Notes: a model not told the origin generated them from the sequence alone. A stretch of DNA of 64,000 nucleotides from an uncultured Pseudomonadota bacterium (GCA_949295025.1 CASFJK010000002.1:21372-85371), one strand, 5' to 3'; counted from the stretch's first letter, positions 1-9,977 are shown. Made by a program: numbers and translations.

Positions 1-354
1 GGTAATATTGTTCCAATATTATCTAATATTCCTTCGGTTGTAGAAGTTGTTGATTCTCGCACTCGTGAATTAACTGAATATTTTGATATTCCTTCAGTTA
101 AAGCGTCCGATGATATATATGATATTGAAGAAATATACAATAATATAAGTTATAAAAATTTTAATGAAAGTTTTTCTAAAAAATTCGATAAGTTTAAGAA
201 GTTTATGAATGATTGTGGCTTACCTTGTTTACAAGATATTGAATATATAAATAAAGTGCTTCCGCCTATGTCTGATTTTACAATACCTGAAAGTGATTTT
301 AAAGAACTTTCAATATGGCATAAAATTTATAGGAGTATATTAAATATTTTATAA
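1..354 (+). CDS. 3' end of an unidentified ORF entering from the left edge (partial)
   Basis: Frame 1 is open from base 1 to TAA at 352-354 (...ELSIWHKIYRSILNIL*). No recognisable motif. AT-rich. Confidence 0.3.
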   Translation, partial: GNIVPILSNIPSVVEVVDSRTRELTEYFDIPSVKASDDIYDIEEIYNNISYKNFNESFSKKFDKFKKFMNDCGLPCLQDIEYINKVLPPMSDFTIPESDFKELSIWHKIYRSILNIL

Positions 355-477
355 GAAATGTTGCATATCAAATTAATAATTTATGGGCAGTTACTGAGAG
401 TAGAAGTTTGTTGCGAACTATCACGCTATAAATACTACTATTTATTTTAAATAACTTTTTATCAGATGAAAAAAGCA

Positions 478-513
478 TAAAAAAAATCCCTTCACAAGGA
501 AGGGATCTTTTTT
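478..513. terminator. Bidirectional rho-independent terminator
   Basis: Hairpin atcccttc-acaa-ggaagggat (486-506) is flanked by an A-run on the left and a T-run on the right. On the minus strand it follows the tRNA-Asn 3' end with 8 T. Confidence 0.6.
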
Positions 514-514
514 A

Positions 515-589
515 TGGCTCCGGCTGCCTGATTCGAACAGGCGACCGATCGGTTAACAGCCGATTGCTCTACCGCTGAGCTAAGCCGGA
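515..589 (-). tRNA. tRNA-Asn (anticodon GUU)
   Basis: Reverse complement reads TCCGGCTTAGCTCAGCGGTAGAGCAATCGGCTGTTAACCGATCGGTCGCCTGTTCGAATCAGGCAGCCGGAGCCA. Cloverleaf with anticodon loop CUGUUAA, G73 discriminator and encoded CCA. Confidence 0.8.
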
Positions 590-613
590 ATAATGCGGTA
601 TTGAATGAAATTT

Positions 614-688
614 TGGAGGCCGGTACCGGAATTGAACCGATGTACAAGGATTTGCAGTCCTCTGCATGAGCCACTCTGCCAACCGGCC
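614..688 (-). tRNA. tRNA-Cys (anticodon GCA)
   Basis: Reverse complement reads GGCCGGTTGGCAGAGTGG...GGACTGCAAATCC...GGTTCAATTCCGGTACCGGCCTCCA. Anticodon loop CUGCAAA, U73 discriminator and encoded CCA. Confidence 0.8.
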
Positions 689-907
689 AATTGATACCTC
701 AACTTTGAGTTCCTCATTCACTCAACGAGAATTATATATACAATCTTTTCACCGATAGTCAATAACTTTTTTAAATTTTTTTTGCTTTTTTTGTGATTAT
801 TTTTTTATTCCTTTAAAAATCAATCTCTTGGTTTTGCACACCACTTATATTTCTTGCATTTATATCCTCAACCTTTATGATTATTTCAGTTTTATAAGGA
901 GAATCAT

Positions 908-1336
908 ATGAAAATTGTTATCGCTTCTGATCATGGTGGTTTTGAACTTAAACAAAACCTCATAGATTATTATAAAAAACAAGGCATTAACCTTGAAGAC
1001 TTAGGCACTCATTCCAGCGAATCTTGCGATTATCCTGATATTGCAGATACTTTAACGGCTGAAATTTTGAGCAAACGCGCCGATTTGGGAATCCTTATTT
1101 GCGGAACAGGAATCGGAATCTCCATCGCAGCAAATCGCCATAAGGGAATCCGTGCCGCACTTCTTTATGATGATTTTACTGCCGAAATGGCTCACAAACA
1201 CAATAATGCAAATGTTCTTGTTTTTGGCGGTCGTACGATGAAAACTGAAGATGTTATCAGAAGAATCGATATTTTCTTAAATTCTGCATACGAGGGTGGT
1301 CGTCATCAGAATCGTCTTGATAAACTTGATGCATAG
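908..1336 (+). CDS. rpiB: Ribose-5-phosphate isomerase B
   Basis: 142 aa, RpiB/LacAB-family sequence (ASDHGG...ICGTGIGISIAANR). RBS aaggag lies 7 nt upstream. Confidence 0.9.
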   Translation: MKIVIASDHGGFELKQNLIDYYKKQGINLEDLGTHSSESCDYPDIADTLTAEILSKRADLGILICGTGIGISIAANRHKGIRAALLYDDFTAEMAHKHNNANVLVFGGRTMKTEDVIRRIDIFLNSAYEGGRHQNRLDKLDA

Positions 1337-1345
1337 GAGGCTTCT

Positions 1346-2608
1346 ATGGATTTTGAAAAAAAATTGTCTGCAGAAGATTCTGAAATTTTTGATGCCATTC
1401 AAAACGAACTCAAACGCCAACAAGAGCAAATTGAGCTGATTGCTTCTGAAAATATTGTTTCTAAAGCGGTTTTAGAGGCACAAGGTTCCATTCTTACCAA
1501 TAAATATGCTGAAGGTTATTCTGCTAAACGTTATTATGGTGGATGTGAATTTATTGATGTGGTAGAAAACTTGGCTATAGAACGCGCTAAAAAGCTTTTC
1601 AATGCCCAATTTGTCAATGTGCAACCTCACTCGGGTTCACAAGCCAATACAGCCGTCTATGTTGCTCTGCTTCAGCCGAACGATACCATTATGGGAATGT
1701 CTTTGGATGCTGGCGGACATTTGACGCACGGTGCAAAGGTTTCTTTCTCCGGAAAATGGCTCAATGCTGTAGCTTATGGCGTTACCAAAGATACTGGCTT
1801 GATTGACTATGACCAAGTGGAGCGTTTGGCAATTGAAAATAAACCCAAACTTATTATCGCCGGTGGTTCGGCTTATCCTCGTCAAGTTGATTTTGCTCGT
1901 TTTCGTGAAATTTGCAATCGGGTAGGGGCTTATTTAATGGTTGACATGGCACACTTTGCCGGCTTGGTTGCCGGTGGCGTGCATCCAAATCCGTTAGAAT
2001 ATGCCGATGTTGTTACGACCACCACGCACAAAACACTTCGCGGTCCCCGTGGCGGTATGATTTTAACCAATAATCCGGATATTGCTAAAAAAATTGATTC
2101 AGCTATTTTCCCCGGAACTCAAGGCGGACCTCTTATGCACGTGATTGCGGCTAAAGCAGTCTGCTTCAAAGAAGATTTGAGCGATGAATTCAAAGCCTAT
2201 GCAGCACAGGTGATTAAAAATGCTAAAGCACTTGGTAAACGCTTGCAAGAACGCGGTCTTGATTTGGTGTCGGGCGGAACAGATACACACCTGATTTTGG
2301 TTGATTTGCGTCCAAAAAAACTGACCGGAAAAGTTGTGGCTCTAGCTTTGGAAAGAGCGCATATGACTTGCAACAAGAATGCTATTCCTTTTGACCCTGA
2401 AAAACCGACAGTAACTTCTGGAATCCGTCTTGGTTCTCCGGCAGCAACAACCCGAGGTTTTAAAGAAAAAGAATTTATTCAAGTGGCAGATTGGATTGCC
2501 GATGTGATGGATTCTCTTGTTAACGGAACTTCAGAAATTGTTATTCCGCAAATACGAGAAAAAGTGATTGCACTTTGTAATCAATTCCCAATTTATAAAG
2601 ATTTGTAA
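1346..2608 (+). CDS. glyA: Serine hydroxymethyltransferase
   Basis: 420 aa with typical SHMT motifs ([24 protein letters not shown]). Confidence 0.95.
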   Translation: MDFEKKLSAEDSEIFDAIQNELKRQQEQIELIASENIVSKAVLEAQGSILTNKYAEGYSAKRYYGGCEFIDVVENLAIERAKKLFNAQFVNVQPHSGSQANTAVYVALLQPNDTIMGMSLDAGGHLTHGAKVSFSGKWLNAVAYGVTKDTGLIDYDQVERLAIENKPKLIIAGGSAYPRQVDFARFREICNRVGAYLMVDMAHFAGLVAGGVHPNPLEYADVVTTTTHKTLRGPRGGMILTNNPDIAKKIDSAIFPGTQGGPLMHVIAAKAVCFKEDLSDEFKAYAAQVIKNAKALGKRLQERGLDLVSGGTDTHLILVDLRPKKLTGKVVALALERAHMTCNKNAIPFDPEKPTVTSGIRLGSPAATTRGFKEKEFIQVADWIADVMDSLVNGTSEIVIPQIREKVIALCNQFPIYKDL

Positions 2609-2611
2609 AAG

Positions 2612-2652
2612 CAAAAAAAAGTCTGTAACTTTATTGGTTACAGACTTTTTTA
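2612..2652. terminator. Bidirectional rho-independent terminator (glyA / downstream lipoprotein gene)
   Basis: Hairpin gtctgtaac-tttattg-gttacagac is followed by TTTTTT and preceded by an A-run. Confidence 0.7.
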
Positions 2653-2664
2653 GATGAATTTAGT

Positions 2665-3333
2665 TTACTTTATCAGTTTTTTTACTTGCGCTAAGCTCGG
2701 TGCTTTAGCTTCCTTACCATCTTTGTCAAAAGAGGTGATTTTTACACGGCTCCAGTTGATAATTTTACCTTTATCGTTAAGCATAGGTAATTTTGCGTTT
2801 TTGCTGTTCAGAGCAATATAATTACCTTTGTCAATCAGCAATATTTCATTGCTAATTGGGATAAGTAATTTTCCTGTTTGTGTATAAACGCCGAACTTTC
2901 CGTTTTCTTTAACCAGAAGATTTTGGTTCTCATCAAGTCCGTAATTTTCAAAAATGCCGGATACTTTCCCATTTTCTTTAGCAAAGAAGAATGTAGATTT
3001 GTTGCCTTCTTTCGTTTCAAAACATTTCATGTTTTTGTTATACGAAATTGGGGTCGAACTTTGCAGAGAGACTTTGTTTTCCGGGGTTAGAAGCAAGCAT
3101 TTGTCATCTAACTGAGCGATAAACAATCCTTGTTCATAGTCTATCTTACTATAAACATTAGGGGTAACAGCAACTCCGTTAGCTTTTTTGATGCCGACTT
3201 TTCCTGGAACATCACTTTTGCTATACAGAACATATTCACCTGTTGCACCAAGAGGAGTTTGTGTTTCTTTCGGACCGCAACCAACCAAGCATAAAACTGT
3301 GGCAATTAAAGCCAAAAAACTAAAATTTTTCAT
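2665..3333 (-). CDS. Lipoprotein with WG-like repeats (hypothetical)
   Basis: Signal peptide plus lipobox (LVGC). Repeated G-K-x-G-(V/I)...hydrophobic modules resemble WG-containing repeats. Confidence 0.55.
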   Translation of the reverse strand: MKNFSFLALIATVLCLVGCGPKETQTPLGATGEYVLYSKSDVPGKVGIKKANGVAVTPNVYSKIDYEQGLFIAQLDDKCLLLTPENKVSLQSSTPISYNKNMKCFETKEGNKSTFFFAKENGKVSGIFENYGLDENQNLLVKENGKFGVYTQTGKLLIPISNEILLIDKGNYIALNSKNAKLPMLNDKGKIINWSRVKITSFDKDGKEAKAPSLAQVKKLIK

Positions 3334-3421
3334 AATAGTACAAATTTTAAAAATTAAACATAAAGTTACTTAAGACACTTAAGTAACTAGCATTTAAATT
3401 GAATTTAATCAAGATGATTTG

Positions 3422-4222
3422 CTATTTGCGTTTTTGCTCGTTGCTCAATTGAGATATCAAATTTTCTTTGAAATTGTTTGGTTTGCTACGGAAAAGTTGT
3501 AAAGTCTGGTTTATTTGCATATCAGTCATTTCAATATCATGTCTGATATCAGGTTTGTTCGCATCAAAAATATATTTAGGGTTGTTGACCAAGCAATATC
3601 TCTGATAAGGGCTTAGACTGATTTCTGTTTCTTTTACCTTTTTGTTTTGTAAATAAAAACTTTGACATGAAGCTTGAAAGTTTGAGCCTATTTTCTTGAA
3701 ATTCTTCAAAATTTTGGCTTTGATTTGTTTGAACTCGTCCATATCATAAATATAATAAAATTTATTTTTTTGTATGCTTTTAGCATTTCTAATGAGCTGA
3801 TATATTTCCGGAATGTTTTTAATCTGCTTTGGGTTAACAATGCAAAAAGATGTAATATCATCGGCATACAGAGCTAAAGCCGTCTTTTCAAAGTCAGCAT
3901 ATTTTAAATTGCAAAGTAACGGATTTATTTGCAATAAGGGAAACTTCCTATAGTTTTTTATTGGGGTGATGATGCCGATTTGATGTGGTCGGAACAAAAT
4001 TTCAGGTGTTTCATCTTTTGAAAAGAAAGGTGAAAGTTTGCTCCTTAAATCTTGATATTCTGCAACAAAATTAATTTTCTTGGTTTTAGGTGCCTGCTTT
4101 ATTTTGGCGATACGAGCTTTAAGGCTTTGCTTTTTATTAAGGTGCAGCTTTTCATTATCGTTAAGCATACTTAACGAAGCTTCAATCACACTTATTTCAA
4201 AGGCAACATTTTGTTCAGACAT
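3422..4222 (-). CDS. Hypothetical protein (AT-rich, lineage-specific)
   Basis: Long ORF. The likely start is MSEQNV... because RBS GAGGA lies 6 nt upstream; the ORF track extends it to 4261. No recognisable domain. Confidence 0.5.
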   Translation of the reverse strand: MSEQNVAFEISVIEASLSMLNDNEKLHLNKKQSLKARIAKIKQAPKTKKINFVAEYQDLRSKLSPFFSKDETPEILFRPHQIGIITPIKNYRKFPLLQINPLLCNLKYADFEKTALALYADDITSFCIVNPKQIKNIPEIYQLIRNAKSIQKNKFYYIYDMDEFKQIKAKILKNFKKIGSNFQASCQSFYLQNKKVKETEISLSPYQRYCLVNNPKYIFDANKPDIRHDIEMTDMQINQTLQLFRSKPNNFKENLISQLSNEQKRK

Positions 4223-4344
4223 TTTTTTCCTCAATTCAAGAAAGATGAGAATAATAAGCAAAAAGTTAATTTTGATTTAAAAAAGTAGTTAAAAATTAAC
4301 AAATTTTGCTTATACTTTATCATTATTTATGACAGAGGAAAAAA

Positions 4345-5667
4345 ATGATAAAATTAAATACTAAAAAAATTGCCGAGATTGTTTGTTCGGCATCTAACGT
4401 TGTGGATGTGGATATTGAAAATATTTCTACCGATAGCCGCCACATTGTTAAAGGTGATTTGTTTATTGCCATTAAAGGTGAAAAATTTGACGGACACGAC
4501 TTTGTGCCTGATGTTTTGGCCAAAGGTGCCGCAGCTGTTGTTGTAAGCAAATTGTTTAAAGAAATTCCTGCTGTGCGCCAGATTGTTGTGTCCGATACTC
4601 TGGAAGCATATGGTAAAATCGGGGCTTATGTTCGTTCTCGATTCAAAGGTACGGTTATCGGTTTGACGGGAAGTGCCGGCAAAACCACCACCAAAGAAGA
4701 ACTCAAGTTTATCTTGTCAAAATTTGCACCGGTTTATGCGACCAGCGGTAATTTTAATAACTTTGTTGGCGTACCATACACTCTTTGCAATATGGATTTG
4801 AATGCTAAATATGCCATTATTGAAATGGGTATGAGTGCTAAAGGTGAAATTGCCAAGATGGTCAACTGGGTTAAGCCCGATATGGCGATTGTGACCAATG
4901 TTTATCCGATGCATATTGAGTTCTTTCCAAATTTTGAAGGTGTTGCCGAAGCTAAAGCCGAAATTTTTCAGGGTTTGAAAAAAGGTGGTACGGCATTTAT
5001 CAATGAAGATACCAATTTTGCCGATATTTTAGAAAAACGCGCTTCGGAACGTGGCGCCAAAGTGATTGAGTTTGGTAAAGATAATCACCCAGATGTGGCT
5101 TTTGAAACAGCTACTGAAGGGGAGCATTATCTCTACAATGCTTGGTGCGTTTTAAGCGTGGCTAAAGAATTGGGCTTGGATGTTGAAAAAGCCGCCTCAT
5201 ATATCAAAGATTTTGGTGCATTGGATGGTCGTGGCAAACAATGGAAACTCAAATTTGCCAAAGGAACTTACACCCTGATTGACGATAGTTATTCCGGTCA
5301 GCCTGAAGCGATGAAGCTCGCTTTGCAATCTTTAGCCAAAATGAAAACTGAAGGTCGCAAAATTGCTGTTCTTGGAAAAATGGCCGAACTTGGCGATACT
5401 TCTAAATCTCAACATATTGAAATCGGCAAGGTTGCAGCGCAATCTCATTTAGACGTGGTTATCGGCGTTTGTCCGGAAATGAAAGATATGCTTGCAGAAC
5501 TTCCGCCTACGGTTGAACAACATTATTTTGAAAATAAAGATGGTTTGGATGAATTTTTGTTAAATAAGTGCTTGCAAAATAATGATACTGTCCTTATAAA
5601 AGGAGCAAGATATTCTTCCGAATTGTATAAAGTTACCGAAGCTCTGATAAAACAGGGTAGGAGTTAA
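4345..5667 (+). CDS. murF: UDP-N-acetylmuramoyl-tripeptide--D-alanyl-D-alanine ligase
   Basis: 440 aa with the Mur ligase P-loop [13 protein letters not shown] and MurF-like N- and C-terminal domains. Confidence 0.85.
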   Translation: MIKLNTKKIAEIVCSASNVVDVDIENISTDSRHIVKGDLFIAIKGEKFDGHDFVPDVLAKGAAAVVVSKLFKEIPAVRQIVVSDTLEAYGKIGAYVRSRFKGTVIGLTGSAGKTTTKEELKFILSKFAPVYATSGNFNNFVGVPYTLCNMDLNAKYAIIEMGMSAKGEIAKMVNWVKPDMAIVTNVYPMHIEFFPNFEGVAEAKAEIFQGLKKGGTAFINEDTNFADILEKRASERGAKVIEFGKDNHPDVAFETATEGEHYLYNAWCVLSVAKELGLDVEKAASYIKDFGALDGRGKQWKLKFAKGTYTLIDDSYSGQPEAMKLALQSLAKMKTEGRKIAVLGKMAELGDTSKSQHIEIGKVAAQSHLDVVIGVCPEMKDMLAELPPTVEQHYFENKDGLDEFLLNKCLQNNDTVLIKGARYSSELYKVTEALIKQGRS

Positions 5668-5671
5668 GAGC

Positions 5672-6160
5672 ATGAAATGTCCGTTTTGCGGTTGTGATGA
5701 TACGCAGGTTAAAGATTCTCGTAATGCCGATGATAATACCGCCATTCGCCGTCGTCGTGAATGTCCGGAATGCGGCTCAAGGTTTACAACCTTTGAACGT
5801 ATTCAGCTTAGAGAATTGACCGTTGTCAAAAAAAATGGTGAAAAAACACCCTTTGACAGAGACAAGCTTGCTCGCTCCATTCAGATTGCGGTTAGAAAAC
5901 GTCCGGTTACACCCGAACGTGTGGAAAAAATTGTGAACTCTATTCAACGTCGTTTGGAAACGACAGGAGAAGCAGAGATTCCGTCTACTACAATCGGACA
6001 ATATGTGATGGATGCGCTTTCTAATCTTGACCATATTGCTTATATCCGCTTTGCTTCGGTGTATAAAGATTTTCGTGAAGTGAAAGATTTTGAAGATTTT
6101 GTTGAAACTATTGATCAGTTTGCCAAGCCCAAACATCAAAATGAAGGAGATGATGAATAA
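5672..6160 (+). CDS. nrdR: Transcriptional repressor NrdR
   Basis: MKCPFCG...[13 protein letters not shown] zinc ribbon followed by an ATP-cone. 162 aa. Confidence 0.9.
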   Translation: MKCPFCGCDDTQVKDSRNADDNTAIRRRRECPECGSRFTTFERIQLRELTVVKKNGEKTPFDRDKLARSIQIAVRKRPVTPERVEKIVNSIQRRLETTGEAEIPSTTIGQYVMDALSNLDHIAYIRFASVYKDFREVKDFEDFVETIDQFAKPKHQNEGDDE

Positions 6161-6642
6161 TGGCTAAATTTATTTCTGAAAAAATTAAAATGAAATCCGG
6201 TGCTCGTTTGGCCGCCGTGCAAGCTACTTATATGATTGAATATGGTCAACTGCCCGTAGATGAAGTGATTAAAGACTTTGTTAACGGCGAAGTCGGTCGC
6301 TATGTGATTGAAGATGAGGGCAACGATCGTGAAGAATTGGTTGAAGTCGGCGCTATGGATACGGCTTATTTTACCGAGTTGACCAAAGGTGTGCATACAC
6401 ACAAAGAAGAAATTGAAAAATCTTTGGCTCATTATCTCAAAGAAGGTTGGTCTTTTGAGCGTTTTGACGGCACATTGCGTGCTTTGCTCCTTTGTGCTAC
6501 CTATGAACTTGCTCACACGCAAGATGTTGATGCCAATGTGCTGATTAAAGAATATGTTGATTTGGCTTATGCATTCTTCACTAAAAATGAACCCAAAATG
6601 GTGAATGCTTTGTTGGATCATATAGCAAAAGAAATACGCTAA
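6160..6642 (+). CDS. nusB: Transcription antitermination factor NusB
   Basis: 160 aa, NusB-like (ARLAAVQATY...). Start overlaps the nrdR stop (TAATG). Confidence 0.85.
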   Translation: MAKFISEKIKMKSGARLAAVQATYMIEYGQLPVDEVIKDFVNGEVGRYVIEDEGNDREELVEVGAMDTAYFTELTKGVHTHKEEIEKSLAHYLKEGWSFERFDGTLRALLLCATYELAHTQDVDANVLIKEYVDLAYAFFTKNEPKMVNALLDHIAKEIR

Positions 6643-6738
6643 AAATGCTAAAAATGCAGTAAACGGGAAGCTAGAGCAATTTGGCAGAGAGAAAATGAAA
6701 ATTGTTTGGGCTACCGTTAACTCAATAAAAGGAAAAAA

Positions 6739-7257
6739 ATGTCTGTTTTGAAATTATATGAATATCCGCATCCGATTTTGAAGAAAAAAGCGCAGAAGGT
6801 CGAAAAAGTTGATGATGATATGCGCAAGTTTTTGGATGATATGTTAGAAACCATGTATGCCGATGCCGGTGTGGGTTTGGCTGCGCCGCAAGTTGGTGTG
6901 TCTAAACGTGTGGTTGTGATTGATATTGCCCATGATGATGAAGAACCCAATCCATATTACATGGTTAATCCCGAAATTATTTGGAAATCGGAAGAAAAAG
7001 TTTGCGGAGAAGAGGGATGCTTATCTGTCCCCGACCAACGTGCGGAAGTAGAGCGCTTTGCTGCCGTTAAAGTGAAATATCTAGACTATAACGGCAAAGA
7101 GCAAGAACTCTTGGCGGAAGGCTTTTTAGCCATTGCTGTTCAGCATGAGTTGGACCATTTAGATGGGATTCTTTATATTGACCGAATCAGTCGATTGAAG
7201 CGGCAAATGCTTCTTAAAAAGCTTGAAAAAATGCGTAAAGAAAAAGCTCATCAATAA
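6739..7257 (+). CDS. def: Peptide deformylase
   Basis: Motifs GVGLAAPQVG, EGCLSVP and HELDHLDG. 172 aa. Confidence 0.9.
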   Translation: MSVLKLYEYPHPILKKKAQKVEKVDDDMRKFLDDMLETMYADAGVGLAAPQVGVSKRVVVIDIAHDDEEPNPYYMVNPEIIWKSEEKVCGEEGCLSVPDQRAEVERFAAVKVKYLDYNGKEQELLAEGFLAIAVQHELDHLDGILYIDRISRLKRQMLLKKLEKMRKEKAHQ

Positions 7258-7602
7258 GATGGGTTTTTTTATATATAAAAAAACCCAAAATGGACAAAAA
7301 GATTCTTCTTGCGTGAGGGGCTGATTTGTGGTATTCTAAATTTTGCTAAAATAAATTCTGTTAATTATTATCTTCTGCATTGTATGTAAGAAAATGATTC
7401 GTATTGAAAAGATGATTTGAAAAAATTTGAGAGTTGCAAAGCTAGCAACCTCCCAACGAGCGAAGTATAGTACCTCAGGGACCAAAAAACAAATTTGTCA
7501 AACATTTTGAGTAGAACGAAAGCCATTTTCCCAGGGATGATGCAGGTTTTTAACATAAACTCCGACTGAGATTCGAAAGAAGGTAACGTTAGGAGTTACA
7601 CT

Positions 7603-8568
7603 ATGGCTAATATTACCATAGCTTTTTCTAAGGATATTGAAACAGTTAAGTCTTTGGTGGCTCAGGGATACTGCCCCGTTGAATGCTCCTTCGGGGGTGT
7701 TTCAGTGGTTGATTCTCTTGAGTTGGATCACCACGGGTCAAAGTCTCATTTAGAGTCCGTAGCGATACGGGCTTATAGAGATTTCTTCGGCGTTAGAGCC
7801 GAGGATCCAAGGTTTGTTATAAACCACGTGGATGCGGACAGCATTTTCGCTGTTGCAGCGTTGGCTGGTTTGTTGCCTCATCCAGAGGCTGCCAAAAATA
7901 TGCCGGTCTTCTTGCAAAAGACATGGGGGCAAGATCTTATGCCTTTGGCAGAGACTATTGCAATTATGGACACCGACCCGATTGGTCGTGACATCATTGC
8001 AATGCCAAGGGGATCAATCCTCGCGGCATGGAATTCGCTTTTCGGTGCTAATGCCAACGACGAGCTTGCTGCGTACTGTGCTGTCGAAGGCTTCCGTCGT
8101 CTTTTGACACAGCCGTCCGCTCAGGTATTCGTTGCCGCCGCTGAAAATGCAGAGAACCAACGTCGCGAAGCCGCACTTGCAGATTTGCGCGAACGCGGCG
8201 AAAAGGTAGGCAACGTGATGACCATTCTTGGCAGCCGCGTGTTCGGATTTGCTGAATGGTATGGTCGCAACGTTGAGGCAGGTGCTCCGACAGAGGCAGC
8301 TGGTTGGGATAACCCAATCGTTGTTAGCCTCGTTGAGGCAACAAATGCCTTGACTTTCGGTGCACCGAACAAGGCGGTTGCTGAAGAGCTGCTGGGAGTC
8401 GGTGGCTTCATGAACGTCTTTAAGGCGCTCAACGAAGCCTATGGCTTGGCAGACGGTGCAGGTTTCGGTGGTCGTGAGACTATCGGTGGATCGCCTCGCG
8501 GTCAAAAAATGACCGAAGCTGACCTTGCCAAAGCGGTTTCTGTAATCAACCAACTGATGAAGAAATAA
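7603..8568 (+). CDS. Hypothetical protein encoded by a GC-rich (foreign-looking) ORF
   Basis: 321-aa ORF with a strong RBS (aggag, 7 nt upstream). Its GC content is visibly well above the flanks, which creates several overlapping antisense ORFs. No confidently recognisable domain. The His/Asp motifs LDHHGS and HVDADS could hint at a metal-dependent hydrolase. Confidence 0.6.
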   Translation: MANITIAFSKDIETVKSLVAQGYCPVECSFGGVSVVDSLELDHHGSKSHLESVAIRAYRDFFGVRAEDPRFVINHVDADSIFAVAALAGLLPHPEAAKNMPVFLQKTWGQDLMPLAETIAIMDTDPIGRDIIAMPRGSILAAWNSLFGANANDELAAYCAVEGFRRLLTQPSAQVFVAAAENAENQRREAALADLRERGEKVGNVMTILGSRVFGFAEWYGRNVEAGAPTEAAGWDNPIVVSLVEATNALTFGAPNKAVAEELLGVGGFMNVFKALNEAYGLADGAGFGGRETIGGSPRGQKMTEADLAKAVSVINQLMKK

Positions 8569-8587
8569 TCTTCTTTCATCAGTTGGA

Positions 8588-8620
8588 AAGAGAGGTGTTT
8601 TTGCACCTCTCTTTTTTTAT
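8588..8620 (+). terminator. Rho-independent terminator after the GC-rich ORF
   Basis: Hairpin agagaggtg-ttttt-gcacctctct followed by TTTTTTT. Confidence 0.75.
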
Positions 8621-8622
8621 GT

Positions 8623-9561
8623 TTATTTTTCGTACTTGCCTTTTTGCAATTTGGCAAAATATAATGGTGATAGTTGGAACGGTTCTTTGTAGCTTCCGTC
8701 TTTTAGGCTTGTAATCAGTTCTTTTGTGATGCCTTCTTTTTGCAACTCCCTTTGTCTTTCTCTGATGATATTTTCTGCTTCAGTTATGGTACTTTCAACT
8801 GCTTTAGGCAACTGTGTCGAATTTTTTATCAGAGGCAAAACATTAGTGGTTTCATAAACTTTTCTATCCGGATTATAAATTGTAAAAGTAAACATGTCTT
8901 TCATATATTTCAGATAAGTTTTATCACTTGCATCAATGTTTAAAACTGGTTTTAAGTAGGCATCAGCTAAAGTGATGGTTTCTAATTTGCTTTTGCCGTT
9001 AATTTTTTTCATATAACTCGGAGATGCTTTTTCATTCCATGCATTGATAGATTCATTGGCAATAGAACCAACATCGGTCAAAACCACTCTTCGTTGTTTG
9101 GGTGATAAGTTTTTTATTTTGTTTTTGAGCCAATAATAACGATCAGTAAATACGCTTAAATCTTCTTCTTTTAAAAAATAGTTGGCGCAAAGCGTGAAAA
9201 TTTCTTGTATATAGGCAGCTTTTTCATTGTTTTCATTGTAACAATAGCTTTGTTTGGGAGTGAGTTCTTTATAGTCTTTTTCTTCAGCTAATTTACACTT
9301 ATACAAATAGCATTGTGCATGCTTCATTTCATGGCTGGTAATATAGAGCTTATCATTTTTGTTTAAGTAGTCAGAAATTAGACTACTTAAAAAGAAAATT
9401 ATCTTTCTGTCTTTAGGGGTATATTTTGTTTTACTGAGGGTATCTTTAAATTCTTGCGGAAGCATAAAAACTTTATCAATTATGTGAACAACGTTTAAGT
9501 TGTGATGTCCGACCTCATTGGCAATATTAATTTTATCGTGATTTTGATTGTAACAGACCAC
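8623..9561 (-). CDS. Hypothetical protein containing an HExxH motif
   Basis: 312 aa, AT-rich and N/K-rich. Contains SHEMKHAQ (HExxH) with downstream Glu residues. No other recognisable domain. Confidence 0.45.
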   Translation of the reverse strand: MVCYNQNHDKINIANEVGHHNLNVVHIIDKVFMLPQEFKDTLSKTKYTPKDRKIIFFLSSLISDYLNKNDKLYITSHEMKHAQCYLYKCKLAEEKDYKELTPKQSYCYNENNEKAAYIQEIFTLCANYFLKEEDLSVFTDRYYWLKNKIKNLSPKQRRVVLTDVGSIANESINAWNEKASPSYMKKINGKSKLETITLADAYLKPVLNIDASDKTYLKYMKDMFTFTIYNPDRKVYETTNVLPLIKNSTQLPKAVESTITEAENIIRERQRELQKEGITKELITSLKDGSYKEPFQLSPLYFAKLQKGKYEK

Positions 9562-9659
9562 TTCTTGTGTTTGTTCATCAAATTCGGGATAATAAAAACT
9601 AACAATTCGTTTAATAGGGGTGTTTTGTTTGTTAAACGGTGGGGGTAAATCTTTTTGTT

Positions 9660-9977
9660 CTAATTTATATTTGCAAAACCAAGCATAATGGTTAGTTTTT
9701 TTTCCAGTTCGGACATATCTTCTTTAAGGTTTTGCATATCGGAAATTTGGTTGAAATATTTTTGCTGAATGCGACCGTGTGGAAGTTCATTTTGCAACAT
9801 ATCCGTTAATCTGAAATCGGCTTTGGGAAATTGTTTTGAAAATTCTTCATAGTCATAATCATTGTAGCTTTTGTTGAACTTGTTTTGCTTATATTTTATC
9901 AACTCATCATCACTCAAAGTTACATCATCTTTGAATGCCAGAAAAAAGCCTGCGTTTGTTTTTAATACTTTGACCAT
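9660..9977 (-). CDS. Hypothetical small protein
   Basis: Likely start is MVKVLKTN..., which has an RBS-like aaggga upstream. The ORF track extends it to 10010. Confidence 0.4.
   Translation of the reverse strand: MVKVLKTNAGFFLAFKDDVTLSDDELIKYKQNKFNKSYNDYDYEEFSKQFPKADFRLTDMLQNELPHGRIQQKYFNQISDMQNLKEDMSELEKKLTIMLGFANIN

Noticed and set aside
492-674. 60-aa minus-strand ORF
   Set aside because: It lies entirely over tRNA-Asn and tRNA-Cys, so it is an artefact of the tRNA sequence.
7258-7296. Possible terminator gggttttttt-atatat-aaaaaaaccc after def
   Set aside because: The stem is almost entirely A:U and no U-run follows the hairpin, so it is a weak or uncertain terminator and is not listed as a feature.
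7750-8553. Five overlapping ORFs (7750-7932, 7832-8107, 8014-8553, 8048-8317, 8121-8432) inside or antisense to the 7603-8568 gene
   Set aside because: This is the expected by-product of GC-rich sequence, where stop codons are rare. Only the 321-aa frame has an RBS and a terminator.
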